From assembly GCA_050123275.1 (NCBI GenBank), contig JASFHK010000004.1, positions 25,577 through 89,576 on the forward strand: a stretch of 64,000 bases of DNA, given 5' to 3'. A model generated the notes under the pieces. The model was not told the origin of the DNA. It searched no databases and saw nothing but the letters and a program-made list of their open reading frames with translations. Below, in pieces: positions 1 through 10,876 of this stretch (its first letter is position 1; each line of letters begins with the position of its first letter). A program made the translations under genes and the position numbers. This stretch comes from Dehalococcoidia bacterium. Its GTDB lineage: Bacteria > Chloroflexota > Dehalococcoidia > Dehalococcoidales > BS750m-G39.

Positions 1-1
1 C

Positions 2-1708
2 GACGGGGTTATCCCCGACAACGAGGGGCGGGGCTACGTCTTACGGCGGCTGCTGCGCCGCGCCTCGCTTTTCGGCAGGCGATTGGGGCTGGACAAGCCT
101 TTCATCGACGAGATGACCGAAGTTACCATAAGCCTTATGGGGCACATTTACCCGGAATTGAAACAGCGCCGGAACTTTATCCAGCAGGTAGTCGAGAGCG
201 AGGAGACCCGCTTCGACGAGACGTTGAGCACGGGCCTGGAGTTGCTCGACGGCATCATGCGAAAAGCCGGCGGCAGGAAAGAGATAGCGGGGGCGGAAGC
301 CTTCAAGCTCTATGACACCTACGGCTTCCCGGTGGAGCTGACCCGGGAAATCGCCGCCGACAAGGGTTATTCCGTTGACATAAAAGGCTTCGAAAAGGAA
401 ATGGATAAGCAGCGGGAGAAGGCACGGGGAGCCCAGCTCTTGGACGAGGAGACCGCCGCCCATCCCAAGCTGGATATCGACGCCGAGGTCGAGTTTGTCG
501 GCTACAGCACCCTGAACGGTAAATCGCGCATCATCGGTCTTTCCGTTGACGATAAGCCGGTGAAGACGATAGAAAAAGGCAAGAAAGCGGTGGTCGTGCT
601 GAACTCGACGCCTTTCTACGGGGAGATGGGGGGGCAGGTCGGCGACACGGGCGAGATACGAAGCGCTTCCGGCAAGTTTGCCGTCACCCACACCATGCAC
701 GTGCCGCCCAACGCTATCGCCCACCAGGGTAAGGTCGTCGAGGGTAGCCTTAGCGCCGGCGACGAGGTGGAGGCAGTCGTGGACGTAGAGCGGCGACTGG
801 ACATCGCCCGCAACCACACCGCCACCCACCTTTTGCAGCTGGCTTTGCGCCAGGTTGTGGGCGAGCACGTTCACCAACGCGGCTCGCTGGTGGCGCCCGA
901 CCATCTGCGCTTCGACTTCTCTCACCTGAAAGCCCTCACGGAAAAGCAGATAGCCGAGGTCAGCGCCATCGTCAACGACAAAATCCGCCAGAACCTGCCC
1001 GTCTATGACGAGGAGCTGGCCTATAGAGAAGCCATCGCGGCGGGGGCCATCGCCCTCTTCGACGAGAAATACGGCGACGTGGTGCGGGTGCTCAAAATCG
1101 GCAAGCCGATGGTGAGCGCTGAGCTTTGCGGTGGCACCCACGTCAACGCCACCGGCGAAATCGGCTATTTCCACATTAGAAGCGAGAGCAGCATCGGCTC
1201 CGGTTTAAGACGTATTGAGGCGGTGACGGGGAGGGGGGCGGAAGAGTATATCGACAGGCGCTTGGCCGAACTGCATAAAGCCGCCCAGGACCTCGAGGCC
1301 GAGCTGGAAGGCGAGCGCAAGAAGGCGCTGGCCGTTGAAAGAGATCTGGCCCGCAAGAGCGCCGAATCGCTGGTCGCCCAGGCCGAAACGGTCAAGGGCG
1401 TCACCGTGCTGGCGGCCAAAGTGCCCGCGGCAAAAATGGAGATTCTGCGCGAGATGAGCGACATTATCCGCGACAAGCTGAAGAGCGCCATCGTCGTGCT
1501 GGGCACCGTTTATGGCGATAAGCCCGCTTTCCTGGCGGCGGTAACGCCCGACCTGGTTGACAAGGGCTACGACGCGGGTAAGATAATAAAACAGGTGGCC
1601 GGGGTGGCGGGGGGCAGCGGCGGGGGCAAGCCCAGCTTGGCCCAGGCGGGCGGTAAGGACAGTAAAAAGCTGGACGAAGCCCTCAGAACAGTTAAGAGCC
1701 TGGTATAA
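2..1708 (+). CDS. alaS: Alanine--tRNA ligase, C-terminal ~570 aa (5' end lies outside the window)
   Basis: Frame is open from nt 2 (DGVIPDNEGRGYVLRRLLRRA). Editing-domain motifs NHTATHLL and AELCGGTHV are present, as is the C-terminal GGGKPSLAQAGG tail. Confidence 0.93.
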   Translation, partial: DGVIPDNEGRGYVLRRLLRRASLFGRRLGLDKPFIDEMTEVTISLMGHIYPELKQRRNFIQQVVESEETRFDETLSTGLELLDGIMRKAGGRKEIAGAEAFKLYDTYGFPVELTREIAADKGYSVDIKGFEKEMDKQREKARGAQLLDEETAAHPKLDIDAEVEFVGYSTLNGKSRIIGLSVDDKPVKTIEKGKKAVVVLNSTPFYGEMGGQVGDTGEIRSASGKFAVTHTMHVPPNAIAHQGKVVEGSLSAGDEVEAVVDVERRLDIARNHTATHLLQLALRQVVGEHVHQRGSLVAPDHLRFDFSHLKALTEKQIAEVSAIVNDKIRQNLPVYDEELAYREAIAAGAIALFDEKYGDVVRVLKIGKPMVSAELCGGTHVNATGEIGYFHIRSESSIGSGLRRIEAVTGRGAEEYIDRRLAELHKAAQDLEAELEGERKKALAVERDLARKSAESLVAQAETVKGVTVLAAKVPAAKMEILREMSDIIRDKLKSAIVVLGTVYGDKPAFLAAVTPDLVDKGYDAGKIIKQVAGVAGGSGGGKPSLAQAGGKDSKKLDEALRTVKSLV

Positions 1709-2118
1709 TGCGCAGTCTGGGACTCGATGTTGGAGAGGCGAGGATTGGGGTGGCTCTCAGCGACCCCGATGGCGTGCTGGCGAGTCCCTTTTCCGTTGTC
1801 GAGCGTAAGGAAGACAGCCTGGCGATAAAGGCCATCGTCGATATTATCGGCCAGAAAGAGGTCGGACGCGTCGTCGTCGGCCTGCCCCGCTCGCTGGACG
1901 GGCGGCTGGGCTGGCAGGTGAGCCGGGTCAAGGAGTTCGTCCAGCGCCTCTGCCGCTTTACCAGGGCCCCTATAGTCTATCGGGACGAGCGCCTGACCAC
2001 GGTCATGGCGCAACGCTTGAGGCGGACGTCGGGGGGGAAACGGAAGCGGGGCAAGGTCAGCGACGACGCCCAGGCCGCCGCACTTATACTGCAGAACTAT
2101 CTTGATGAAGGGCAATAG
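1708..2118 (+). CDS. ruvX: Putative pre-16S rRNA nuclease / Holliday junction resolvase-like YqgF
   Basis: 136 aa. The N-terminus LGLDVGEARIGVALSD is typical of YqgF/RuvX. TAATG overlap with the alaS stop. Confidence 0.85.
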   Translation: MRSLGLDVGEARIGVALSDPDGVLASPFSVVERKEDSLAIKAIVDIIGQKEVGRVVVGLPRSLDGRLGWQVSRVKEFVQRLCRFTRAPIVYRDERLTTVMAQRLRRTSGGKRKRGKVSDDAQAAALILQNYLDEGQ

Positions 2119-2147
2119 CCCCTTTACCGGAACTGGATTACGGCTTT

Positions 2148-3926
2148 ATGGATAGCGAGACTCCACATCATAGACCCAGAGCGCTCAATTTATTAGACAA
2201 GGTACGCACCAACGAGGTGGTTATGGGGCTGACCTTGTCCATCCTCGTCGGCGCCGTGGCCGGGCTGGGGGCGGTAGGCTTCCGCTGGCTGGTCGCCGAG
2301 GTGCAAACCCTCTTCTTCTCCAACGGCGCCGAATACCTGGGCTTCATGGGGCCTTACTACATCATCATTATACCCGCTGCCGGCGGGCTTATCGTGGGGC
2401 TGCTCACCCGCTACCTTGCCCGCGAGGCCAAGGGTCACGGCGTTCCCGAGGTGATGGAGGCGGTGGTGCTGCGGGGAGGGCGCATCCGCCCCCGGGTGAG
2501 CCTGGTCAAGGCGCTGGCTTCCTCGGTCTGTATCGGCAGCGGCGGCTCGGTGGGCAGGGAGGGTCCCATCGTCCAGATAGGCTCTTCCTTCGGCTCGACC
2601 ATCGGCCAGTGGCTGGGGCTTTCCGACGACTGGGTGAGGACCTTGCTCGCCTGCGGCGCCGCGGGCGGTATCTCGGCCACCTTCAACACTCCCATCGGCG
2701 GTGTCTTCTTCGCCATGGAGGTTATCCTGGGGGGGCGCTTCCTCACCCGCAAGTTCGGCTACGTGGTCATCAGCTCGGTGGTCGCCGAGTTCGTGGCTTA
2801 TATCTTCCTGGGCAGCCAGCCTTCCTTCGATATCATCCCTTACGAGATGGTCAGCTACTGGGAGGCTATTTCCTACGCCATTCTGGGCATCGCCGCCGCC
2901 CTGGCGGCTACGCTCTTTATCCGCGTGCTCTATAAGATGGAGGATATTTTCGACGCCTGGCACTTCCCCGAGTTCCTCAAGCCGGCCCTCGGGGGACTGG
3001 GCATCGGGATTATCGGGCTTTACTCCTACGACCTCTTCGGCGTCGGCTACGGCGACGTTTTCTGGATGAGCACGAAGGGTGTCGACCAGGCGTTGCTCGG
3101 CGAAATCGCCCTTTCCTCGCTGGCGATACTTATGGTGCTCAAGATTCTGGCTACCTCGCTGACGCTGGGCAGCGGCGGCAGCGGCGGTATCTTCGCCCCG
3201 TCGCTTTTTATCGGAGCCATGCTGGGCGGCGCTCTGGGCACGGTGGCGGCTATGCTTTTCCCCGGCTATATCGCTCCTTCGGGGGCTTACGCCCTGGTGG
3301 GCATGGCGGCGGTTTTCGCCGGCTCCACCCGCGCCTCTTTCACGGCTATCATTATGCTCTTCGAGATGACGCGTAACTACTCTATCATCCTGCCTTTGAT
3401 GATTGCCGTCGTTATCAGCACCGTCATCTCCCGCGCCCTTAACCGCGAGACCATCTACACGCGCAAGCTGGTGCGGCGGGGGGTTGACCTGCGCCGGATG
3501 AATAAGGCCAGCCCATTGAAGGAGATTACCGTCGAGCAGGCGATGACCTGGGACTTCCCCACCGTGCCGCCGACGATGCTGGTGCGCGACCTGGTGGCCA
3601 AGTTGCACCGCACCGGCCACCACGGTTTCCCCGTGGTCAACGAGAAGGACGAGCTGGTGGGGGTGGTGACCATCACCGATGTCGAAGCGGCGATGACCAA
3701 GGGCGAAACGTCGGAGCTGACGGTCAAGGATATCGCCTCCAAGTCGTTGATGGTGGCTTATAAAGACGAGTATATCCACGACGTTTTCGTTAAGCTGGGC
3801 AGCCTCGACGTGGGGCGGATTCCGGTGGTTGACCGCAAGAACCCCAAGCGTTTGTTGGGCGTGCTGCGCCGCCACGACGTGCTTTCCGCTTATTCCAAGA
3901 GCCTGACGAGCAAGCCTAGTAAATAA
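2148..3926 (+). CDS. ClC-family voltage-gated chloride channel/antiporter with C-terminal CBS pair
   Basis: Selectivity-filter-like motifs GSGGSVGREGP and GGIFAPSLFIGA, many TM segments, and a C-terminal CBS-like region (GFPVVNEKDELVGVVT, RIPVVDRKNPKRLLGVL). Confidence 0.9.
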   Translation: MDSETPHHRPRALNLLDKVRTNEVVMGLTLSILVGAVAGLGAVGFRWLVAEVQTLFFSNGAEYLGFMGPYYIIIIPAAGGLIVGLLTRYLAREAKGHGVPEVMEAVVLRGGRIRPRVSLVKALASSVCIGSGGSVGREGPIVQIGSSFGSTIGQWLGLSDDWVRTLLACGAAGGISATFNTPIGGVFFAMEVILGGRFLTRKFGYVVISSVVAEFVAYIFLGSQPSFDIIPYEMVSYWEAISYAILGIAAALAATLFIRVLYKMEDIFDAWHFPEFLKPALGGLGIGIIGLYSYDLFGVGYGDVFWMSTKGVDQALLGEIALSSLAILMVLKILATSLTLGSGGSGGIFAPSLFIGAMLGGALGTVAAMLFPGYIAPSGAYALVGMAAVFAGSTRASFTAIIMLFEMTRNYSIILPLMIAVVISTVISRALNRETIYTRKLVRRGVDLRRMNKASPLKEITVEQAMTWDFPTVPPTMLVRDLVAKLHRTGHHGFPVVNEKDELVGVVTITDVEAAMTKGETSELTVKDIASKSLMVAYKDEYIHDVFVKLGSLDVGRIPVVDRKNPKRLLGVLRRHDVLSAYSKSLTSKPSK

Positions 3927-3957
3927 GTGCTATCATTTTGGGAAGAGCGAGTTAAAA

Positions 3958-6251
<2,294 letters not shown>

Positions 6252-6257
6252 TTCTGT

Positions 6258-6491
6258 CTAAGCTCCTTCACCCACCGGGTCGACCCTGACCCCTTTGGAA
6301 ATAGCCCAGGCGACACCGGCCTCAATATCCTTGTCGGTGCCCTCGAGCTCAATCTCGATCCAGCCCTTGCTCTCGGTAGCGTCGGCGCGGTGGATATTGG
6401 TGGTAAGGTTGAACTGCTGGCCGAGTGTGTAAACAATCGGCTCGGAGCTTATTTCCGGGTGATAGGTGAGCATTACCCGCCGTTTAGCCAT
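6258..6491 (-). CDS. Stand-alone NIL (MetN-C-like, ferredoxin-fold) domain protein
   Basis: 77 aa. The pattern RRVMLTYHPEISSEPIVYTLGQQFNLTTNIHRADATESKGWIEIELEG matches the NIL-domain pattern also seen in the N-terminal half of the 8475-8885 protein. Confidence 0.7.
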   Translation of the reverse strand: MAKRRVMLTYHPEISSEPIVYTLGQQFNLTTNIHRADATESKGWIEIELEGTDKDIEAGVAWAISKGVRVDPVGEGA

Positions 6492-6537
6492 TTTTACCCC
6501 CTTTGCTCGGTTTTTAGCTACGCTTTATCTTCCTTGC

Positions 6538-7188
6538 CTAGCCGCAGGCGTTGCTGCAGCTGCAAACGATGACATTGAGTCCGTCGGTGGCTTCGCCGCC
6601 GCGGCCGTCGCTGACAATAACGATGACGGCGTAGGTGCCGTACTCACCGGGCGCCGTCCAGGTGACCTCGGCGCCGCTGCCGCTGATGCTGCCCCGGTCC
6701 GTAGTCCAGGTGTAAATCAGCTCGTCGTTGTCGGGGTCGCTGGCGACGACGGTGATGATGCCGTTTTTAGCCGGTTTTACCCGCGGGCAGTTCGTGGTGA
6801 TAGATTCGATGACCGGCGGGTTGTTGGGAGCGAGCACGCTTACGGTCACCGAGTCGTTGACGATGTCGTCGCCGTCGCTGACCTGGACGCTGATGGTGTA
6901 TGTCCCCAGCGTGGTGGGGGCCGTCCAGGTGACATGGTATCCCGAGCCGGAGAGAGTGCCTCCGTCCGCCGACCAGGTGTAAATCAGCTCGTCCTCATCG
7001 GGGTCGACGGCGGTGCACCTGATGTCGGCGGTGGCTCCCGGATTCATCTCGCCCTCGGCGTCAATTTCCAGGTTGGATATAGACGGCAGTTCGTTGACCG
7101 TGCAACCGCCGCCGATGAGCAGGGCGGATATGGTCAGCAGGATTATAGCAGCCAGCCAGTAAGACCGGCGCGAAAGTGACTTTATCAT
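6538..7188 (-). CDS. Membrane-anchored/lipoprotein-like protein with two tandem PKD/Ig-like repeats and a C-terminal CSCSNACG tail
   Basis: N-terminal hydrophobic segment ending LIGGGC. Two about 85-aa repeats (DPDEDELIYTWSADGGTLSGSGYHVTWTAP..VSDG / DPDNDELIYTWTTDRGSISGSGAEVTWTAP..VSDG). Its start abuts the upstream stop (TAAATG). Confidence 0.65.
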   Translation of the reverse strand: MIKSLSRRSYWLAAIILLTISALLIGGGCTVNELPSISNLEIDAEGEMNPGATADIRCTAVDPDEDELIYTWSADGGTLSGSGYHVTWTAPTTLGTYTISVQVSDGDDIVNDSVTVSVLAPNNPPVIESITTNCPRVKPAKNGIITVVASDPDNDELIYTWTTDRGSISGSGAEVTWTAPGEYGTYAVIVIVSDGRGGEATDGLNVIVCSCSNACG

Positions 7189-7710
7189 TTAGTCTCTACT
7201 CCTTTCCGTTTTCTTAAACCACGATTGAAAGCGCAGGAATGGGGCGGGGAAATAGAAAATTATGAGCACGGCGAAGAAGAGGAGCACGATGTCCATGCCC
7301 AGAGCCTGTATCGGAGTCGTGTTGCCGAAGACACTTTCAAAAATCCCCCAGCAGCCGCAACTGCCGAAGCTCTCGCCGTGGGCTATCGCCCAGATGTTGC
7401 TGGTCATGAAACCGGCAAGGAGCGGTATGGTGACGATGGCGGCGATGCGGGGGTAGATGCTCAGGACAAGGGCCAGGCCCAGCACCACTTCGAGCCAGGG
7501 GAGAATATTATTGATGAAAAAGGCGACGGTGGGCCAGATGGGCCCGAAAATGACGTCGAAAAACTCGGTCTGGCCGGGGAAGGTGCCCAGATCGGATAGG
7601 CCCGGCAGCTTGCCGATGCCTGCCACCAGCATCATCAGCCCCAGCAACACGCAGGGAACGACGATGATGACTATCCATTTCCATCTGGGTGCCAGGTCAG
7701 GTTTTTTCAT
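7189..7710 (-). CDS. MauE/DoxX-like integral membrane protein
   Basis: 173 aa, 4-5 TM segments, with the CGC motif (GSCGCWGIF) characteristic of MauE-type proteins. Its ATG overlaps the upstream TGA (ATGA). Confidence 0.6.
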   Translation of the reverse strand: MKKPDLAPRWKWIVIIVVPCVLLGLMMLVAGIGKLPGLSDLGTFPGQTEFFDVIFGPIWPTVAFFINNILPWLEVVLGLALVLSIYPRIAAIVTIPLLAGFMTSNIWAIAHGESFGSCGCWGIFESVFGNTTPIQALGMDIVLLFFAVLIIFYFPAPFLRFQSWFKKTERSRD

Positions 7711-8471
7711 TGGGCTCCTCTAGACGTCAGCGCTTTTTCCTGGTTCGGGTCCGAAAGGGGGCGGATGTTAACTTTGCCCCACAGCCCCATTTTATCACCT
7801 TTAATGACGATAATGCCATTCAATCCCTTAATGCCGGTGGCGCGCTGGATGGCGCGGGGTATGTCGTCTTCATCTTTAACGACATTGCCGATAGCGGTGG
7901 CGGCGGCGTCGGCCAGGGCGGTTGATTTGGAGAGGGCGATAACGGCGTCCGCCTGCCCCAGGCTCAGCGAATGCCCCACCGTTCCCGATGAAGTGCAAAC
8001 GCCCAGGGGCGTGTCGGCGGCCTTGATTTCCAGGCCGACCTTGCCCGTTAGGGGCGACTTTCCGGCGTAGATGCCGATGATGCGCTCCGTTGTGCTCCTG
8101 ATAAAGATGTCGCCGCCGTTTTCCACGATGACCTCGGGCGACTCTTCCAGAAGCTCCTTGCCCACGAACTCGGCGATGGCGCCCGCTACCGCCGCCATGG
8201 GGCCCACGCCCGTCTTTTCGGCGGCCTCCGCCATCTCGGTGATGAGGCGCGGGGCGTCGCCGACGTTCAGCGGGTCCAGCGAGCTGAAAAATTTCGGGTG
8301 GCGCTCGATATACTGCTCCAGCTGCCCCCGGTATTTGGTTACCAGCTTCTGGGCTTTTCGCTTCAGGTCGCTGCGGGCGCGGATGTAGAGGTCGGTCTCC
8401 TTAACGACGACGTTGAAGGCGACCAGCCCCTTGTCCGTTACCCAGTGGCGGTAGTCTCTCGGCTGATACAT
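7707..8471 (-). CDS. UPF0280 / COG2122 ApbE-like protein (homocysteine-biosynthesis associated)
   Basis: 254 aa. N-terminus YRHWV..GLVAFNVVVKETDLYIRA and the GGDIF motif. Lies immediately downstream of the NIL-ferredoxin and COG1900 genes, the known trio. Confidence 0.72.
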   Translation of the reverse strand: MYQPRDYRHWVTDKGLVAFNVVVKETDLYIRARSDLKRKAQKLVTKYRGQLEQYIERHPKFFSSLDPLNVGDAPRLITEMAEAAEKTGVGPMAAVAGAIAEFVGKELLEESPEVIVENGGDIFIRSTTERIIGIYAGKSPLTGKVGLEIKAADTPLGVCTSSGTVGHSLSLGQADAVIALSKSTALADAAATAIGNVVKDEDDIPRAIQRATGIKGLNGIIVIKGDKMGLWGKVNIRPLSDPNQEKALTSRGAQ

Positions 8472-8474
8472 AGG

Positions 8475-8885
8475 TTAGAAGTGCACCTCCATCGCCCGTG
8501 GGGGACAGGCCTTGATGCAAAGCCCGCAGGCCACGCATTTGTCGTTGTGGAAAGTCACCCGCCGCGTGGCGGGGTCGAGTTCGAAGGCGCCGGAGGGGCA
8601 GATGGTGACGCAGGCGCCGCAGTGGGTGCATCTCTCCTCGTTGCGCACCACGTCCTGGCTCAACGACTGGATTTTAACGCCGGTCTCGGTCAGGTAGCGG
8701 ACGCCCCTATCGTATTCGTTCTGGTCGCCGCTCAGTTCCAGCACCATCAGCCCTTCTTCCTCGGGGGTGACCAGCGCTTTCAGTATGTTAAATTCCAGGT
8801 CGTATTCCTTGGCCAGACGGCAGACGATGGCGCGGTCGACGACCCTTTTGGGAAAGTGCAGTACTATTCTCTTGGCAACAGCCAT
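8475..8885 (-). CDS. NIL domain + 2x[4Fe-4S] ferredoxin fusion (homocysteine-biosynthesis NIL-Fd)
   Basis: N-terminal NIL pattern (IVLHFPKRVVDRAIVCRLAKEYDLEFNILKA). C-terminal CTHCGACVTICP and CVACGLCIKACP. Confidence 0.85.
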   Translation of the reverse strand: MAVAKRIVLHFPKRVVDRAIVCRLAKEYDLEFNILKALVTPEEEGLMVLELSGDQNEYDRGVRYLTETGVKIQSLSQDVVRNEERCTHCGACVTICPSGAFELDPATRRVTFHNDKCVACGLCIKACPPRAMEVHF

Positions 8886-8903
8886 TTTATTCTCCTCGTA
8901 CGG

Positions 8904-10109
8904 CTAGGTGACCGGCCGCTCTTTGAGCGGCTTGACCTTTATTCCCGCCTCCACGCCCGGCAGCGGCGCCACCGGCCGGGTGAGCAGGAACTGGCCGTCC
9001 TTTATCCATTTTTTGAGCGTCTGGGCGATTTCCAGCGCCCGCGGGTAGCTGGATAGGGAGGCGGTGGGTATCTCCTTGCCCTTGAGCTTCACATTGCCGC
9101 TCCTCAAGTCGGCGTAGCTGACCTCGCCCAGCGTTTCCGCTTTCAGGTTGGGATAGGCTTTGGCGTAATCGGTAACCTGGGCGAATATCTCGGCGTCGGT
9201 GACGGTGGTGTAGCCCAGGATTTCCTCGTCGAGGATGGGTATGGGCACGCCGACGCCCACCGTTAGCGTGCAGCCGTAGCCGAGCATGCTGGTGCCCACC
9301 AGCCAGCGGGCGTTCATCTGCTTGAGGTCGCCGATAACCGCCAGCGCGCCGGCGCCTTCGCGGGGCACGCCCTTGTCGGTGCGCGGGACGTTGGGGTTAT
9401 GCTGGGTGCCGTGCCAGGCGACGAAGCCGACGCCGCCTCCCAGAAAGATGCGGCTGCCGATACCGATGGTCTTGTAGTAGGGGTCGTTGAGCAAAGGCGA
9501 CAGCTGCCCGGCGGTGGCGTAGTTGATGTTGCCCAGGTTGGCCCGCAGCACGCCCATGTAGGTATAGATGGTCTTTTCCGAGGCGTTGGCGGCGACGTTA
9601 TAGTTCTGGTAGGAGTTCCGGATGTTGAAGAGGACGGCGTCGTTGAGGTCCTTGATGTTAATCCAGGTCTCCAGCTTCTTACGCGGGTAGCAATCGGTGC
9701 CGTAGGCGGTGGCTTCCAGCCTCACATCTTTGCCCGCCGCCAGCTCTTCGATGACGTGCCCGCCGCCGTAGTTGAACTCGCCGGGGTATATCTTGTTGCG
9801 GGGGTCGTCGTCGGGCAGGGCGTTGGCACCGATGAACAGGTCGACCGCGGCCAGTCCCGTGTAGGCGGGGACGTCGTTGAGATAGGCCTTGCCGCCGCCC
9901 AGCTTTATCTTGGGCTTGGAGTGGCCGATATTAAAATAGGCGCCCGAGGAACACATCGGGCCGAAGGTGCCCGTGGTGACGACGTCTATCTCTTCCGCCG
10001 CCTTTTTGGTGCCCTTGGCGCGGGCGATATCGATTATCTCCTCGGCGGTGACCACCACCGCCTTGCCCTTTTTTATTTTTTCGTTTATCTCTTCAATGGT
10101 CTTAGCCAT
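8904..10109 (-). CDS. COG1900/DUF39 homocysteine biosynthesis protein
   Basis: 401 aa. VVVTAEEIIDI..DVVTTGTFGPMCSSGAYFN and YGGGHVIEEL are typical of COG1900. No CBS pair is attached. Confidence 0.85.
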   Translation of the reverse strand: MAKTIEEINEKIKKGKAVVVTAEEIIDIARAKGTKKAAEEIDVVTTGTFGPMCSSGAYFNIGHSKPKIKLGGGKAYLNDVPAYTGLAAVDLFIGANALPDDDPRNKIYPGEFNYGGGHVIEELAAGKDVRLEATAYGTDCYPRKKLETWINIKDLNDAVLFNIRNSYQNYNVAANASEKTIYTYMGVLRANLGNINYATAGQLSPLLNDPYYKTIGIGSRIFLGGGVGFVAWHGTQHNPNVPRTDKGVPREGAGALAVIGDLKQMNARWLVGTSMLGYGCTLTVGVGVPIPILDEEILGYTTVTDAEIFAQVTDYAKAYPNLKAETLGEVSYADLRSGNVKLKGKEIPTASLSSYPRALEIAQTLKKWIKDGQFLLTRPVAPLPGVEAGIKVKPLKERPVT

Positions 10110-10170
10110 ATTTTACCTCACTAGATATTAAGCTTTGCGCTTTGAGCTGTCAAACTGCGGCCTGGCGTGT

Positions 10171-10204
10171 AAAAGAAAAGCCCAAGAATCTATCGTTCTT
10201 GGGC
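10171..10204 (-). terminator. Intrinsic terminator inside the 5' leader of the COG1900 operon
   Basis: Minus strand reads GCCCAAGAA-cgataga-TTCTTGGGC followed by TTTTCTTTT. It lies about 60 nt upstream of the ATG at 10109. Confidence 0.6.
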
Positions 10205-10330
10205 TTGGTGGCTTCCTTCGGTTTGGGGTTCAGCTGGGCATCGTCCCCGAACCGGCGGCACGCCAAGCCCAGGGCATCATCATGCGGAAGGCCCCTGTGT
10301 TAAAGCTAAACGTTCGTTTCCGGTTCGGCA
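10205..10330 (-). promoter_or_regulatory. Structured leader (candidate riboswitch/attenuator, class not recognised)
   Basis: On the minus strand, closing helix CCGAACCGG (10328-10320) pairs with CCGGTTCGG (10255-10247). GGGCTTGG (10270-10263) can pair with CCAAGCCC (10208-10201), which overlaps the 5' arm of the terminator. Confidence 0.45.
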
Positions 10331-10441
10331 CTTGTTTTACTCCTCAATTAAGAGTAGGGGGATTGTATAGTATTTAAGGATGGTTGTCAATAGGCGTTAT
10401 TTTTGTTCCCCGCCACCGTGATAGCGTGGCGCGGCTCGTTT

Positions 10442-10690
10442 CTAAAATATGTAAACATAGTGAGGATGACTGCCGCCGCCGGTTTCGCCCTTCATTCCCT
10501 TGTCAACGAAGTACTCCTCGATATGTCTGGCCGATGATTCCGACCCGGCATCGCAATAGTGCCAGTAGGACGGGTTATGGTGTTGCTTTTTACATTGCGA
10601 GGGGTCTATGGTGATACCTATCGTCCAGTAAGTATAAGAAGTTCCCACGATATTCTCTATCTCGGAGATGATTTGTGTTTCGCTTGGCAT
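10442..10690 (-). CDS. Small hypothetical protein (82 aa) in an AT-richer islet
   Basis: Clean ORF in locally lower-GC DNA. The motif string YWTIGIT.DP....H ... YFVDKGMKGETGGG ... YVYIF resembles a recurrent small-protein family whose name I cannot assign. Confidence 0.4.
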   Translation of the reverse strand: MPSETQIISEIENIVGTSYTYWTIGITIDPSQCKKQHHNPSYWHYCDAGSESSARHIEEYFVDKGMKGETGGGSHPHYVYIF

Positions 10691-10819
10691 AATCGTCCTC
10701 CCTCATTTGTTAAAGAACTATGTTTACCTTTAAGGTCGGCACGTTACCGTTCACCATCATTTTACCACCTAAAACCGTAATCGGCCAGACCCCCTCGGGT
10801 GTTTTTCCTCTACCTTATG

Positions 10820-10848
10820 TTGAAGCTGGTACCTCTATAGGCTATAAT
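10820..10848 (+). promoter_or_regulatory. Sigma-70-type promoter for aspS-tig
   Basis: TTGAAG (10820-10825), 17-nt spacer, TATAAT (10843-10848), about 29 nt upstream of the aspS TTG start. Confidence 0.5.
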
Positions 10849-10876
10849 CAGCTATAGTGTTTTCGAGGAGAGTATT

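Noticed and set aside
2193-3875. 560-aa ORF antisense to the ClC channel gene. Similar long antisense ORFs lie at 41-1174, 10976-12493, 23335-24849, 27251-28120, 28163-29035, 52017-53270, 56431-57468, 57655-59022 and 61475-62821.
   Set aside because: Their translations are low-complexity and rich in Arg/Gly/His/Ala/Asp, with no recognisable motifs. Each lies exactly opposite a motif-rich, confidently identified gene. These are classic shadow ORFs of high-GC DNA.
6466-7179. 237-aa plus-strand ORF opposite the PKD-repeat gene.
   Set aside because: It is Ala/Gly/Asp/Val-rich and low-complexity. The minus-strand frame has a signal anchor and two clean Ig-like repeats and is translationally coupled to its neighbour.
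10171-10330. Tested the leader by eye for SAM-I (S-box), T-box, SAH, ZTP and cobalamin signatures.
   Set aside because: None of the diagnostic cores was found (GAGGGA/GCAACC; the T-box GGUGGNACCGCG; the B12 box; the ZTP CCGCCUGGGC context). It is therefore reported only as an unclassified structured leader.
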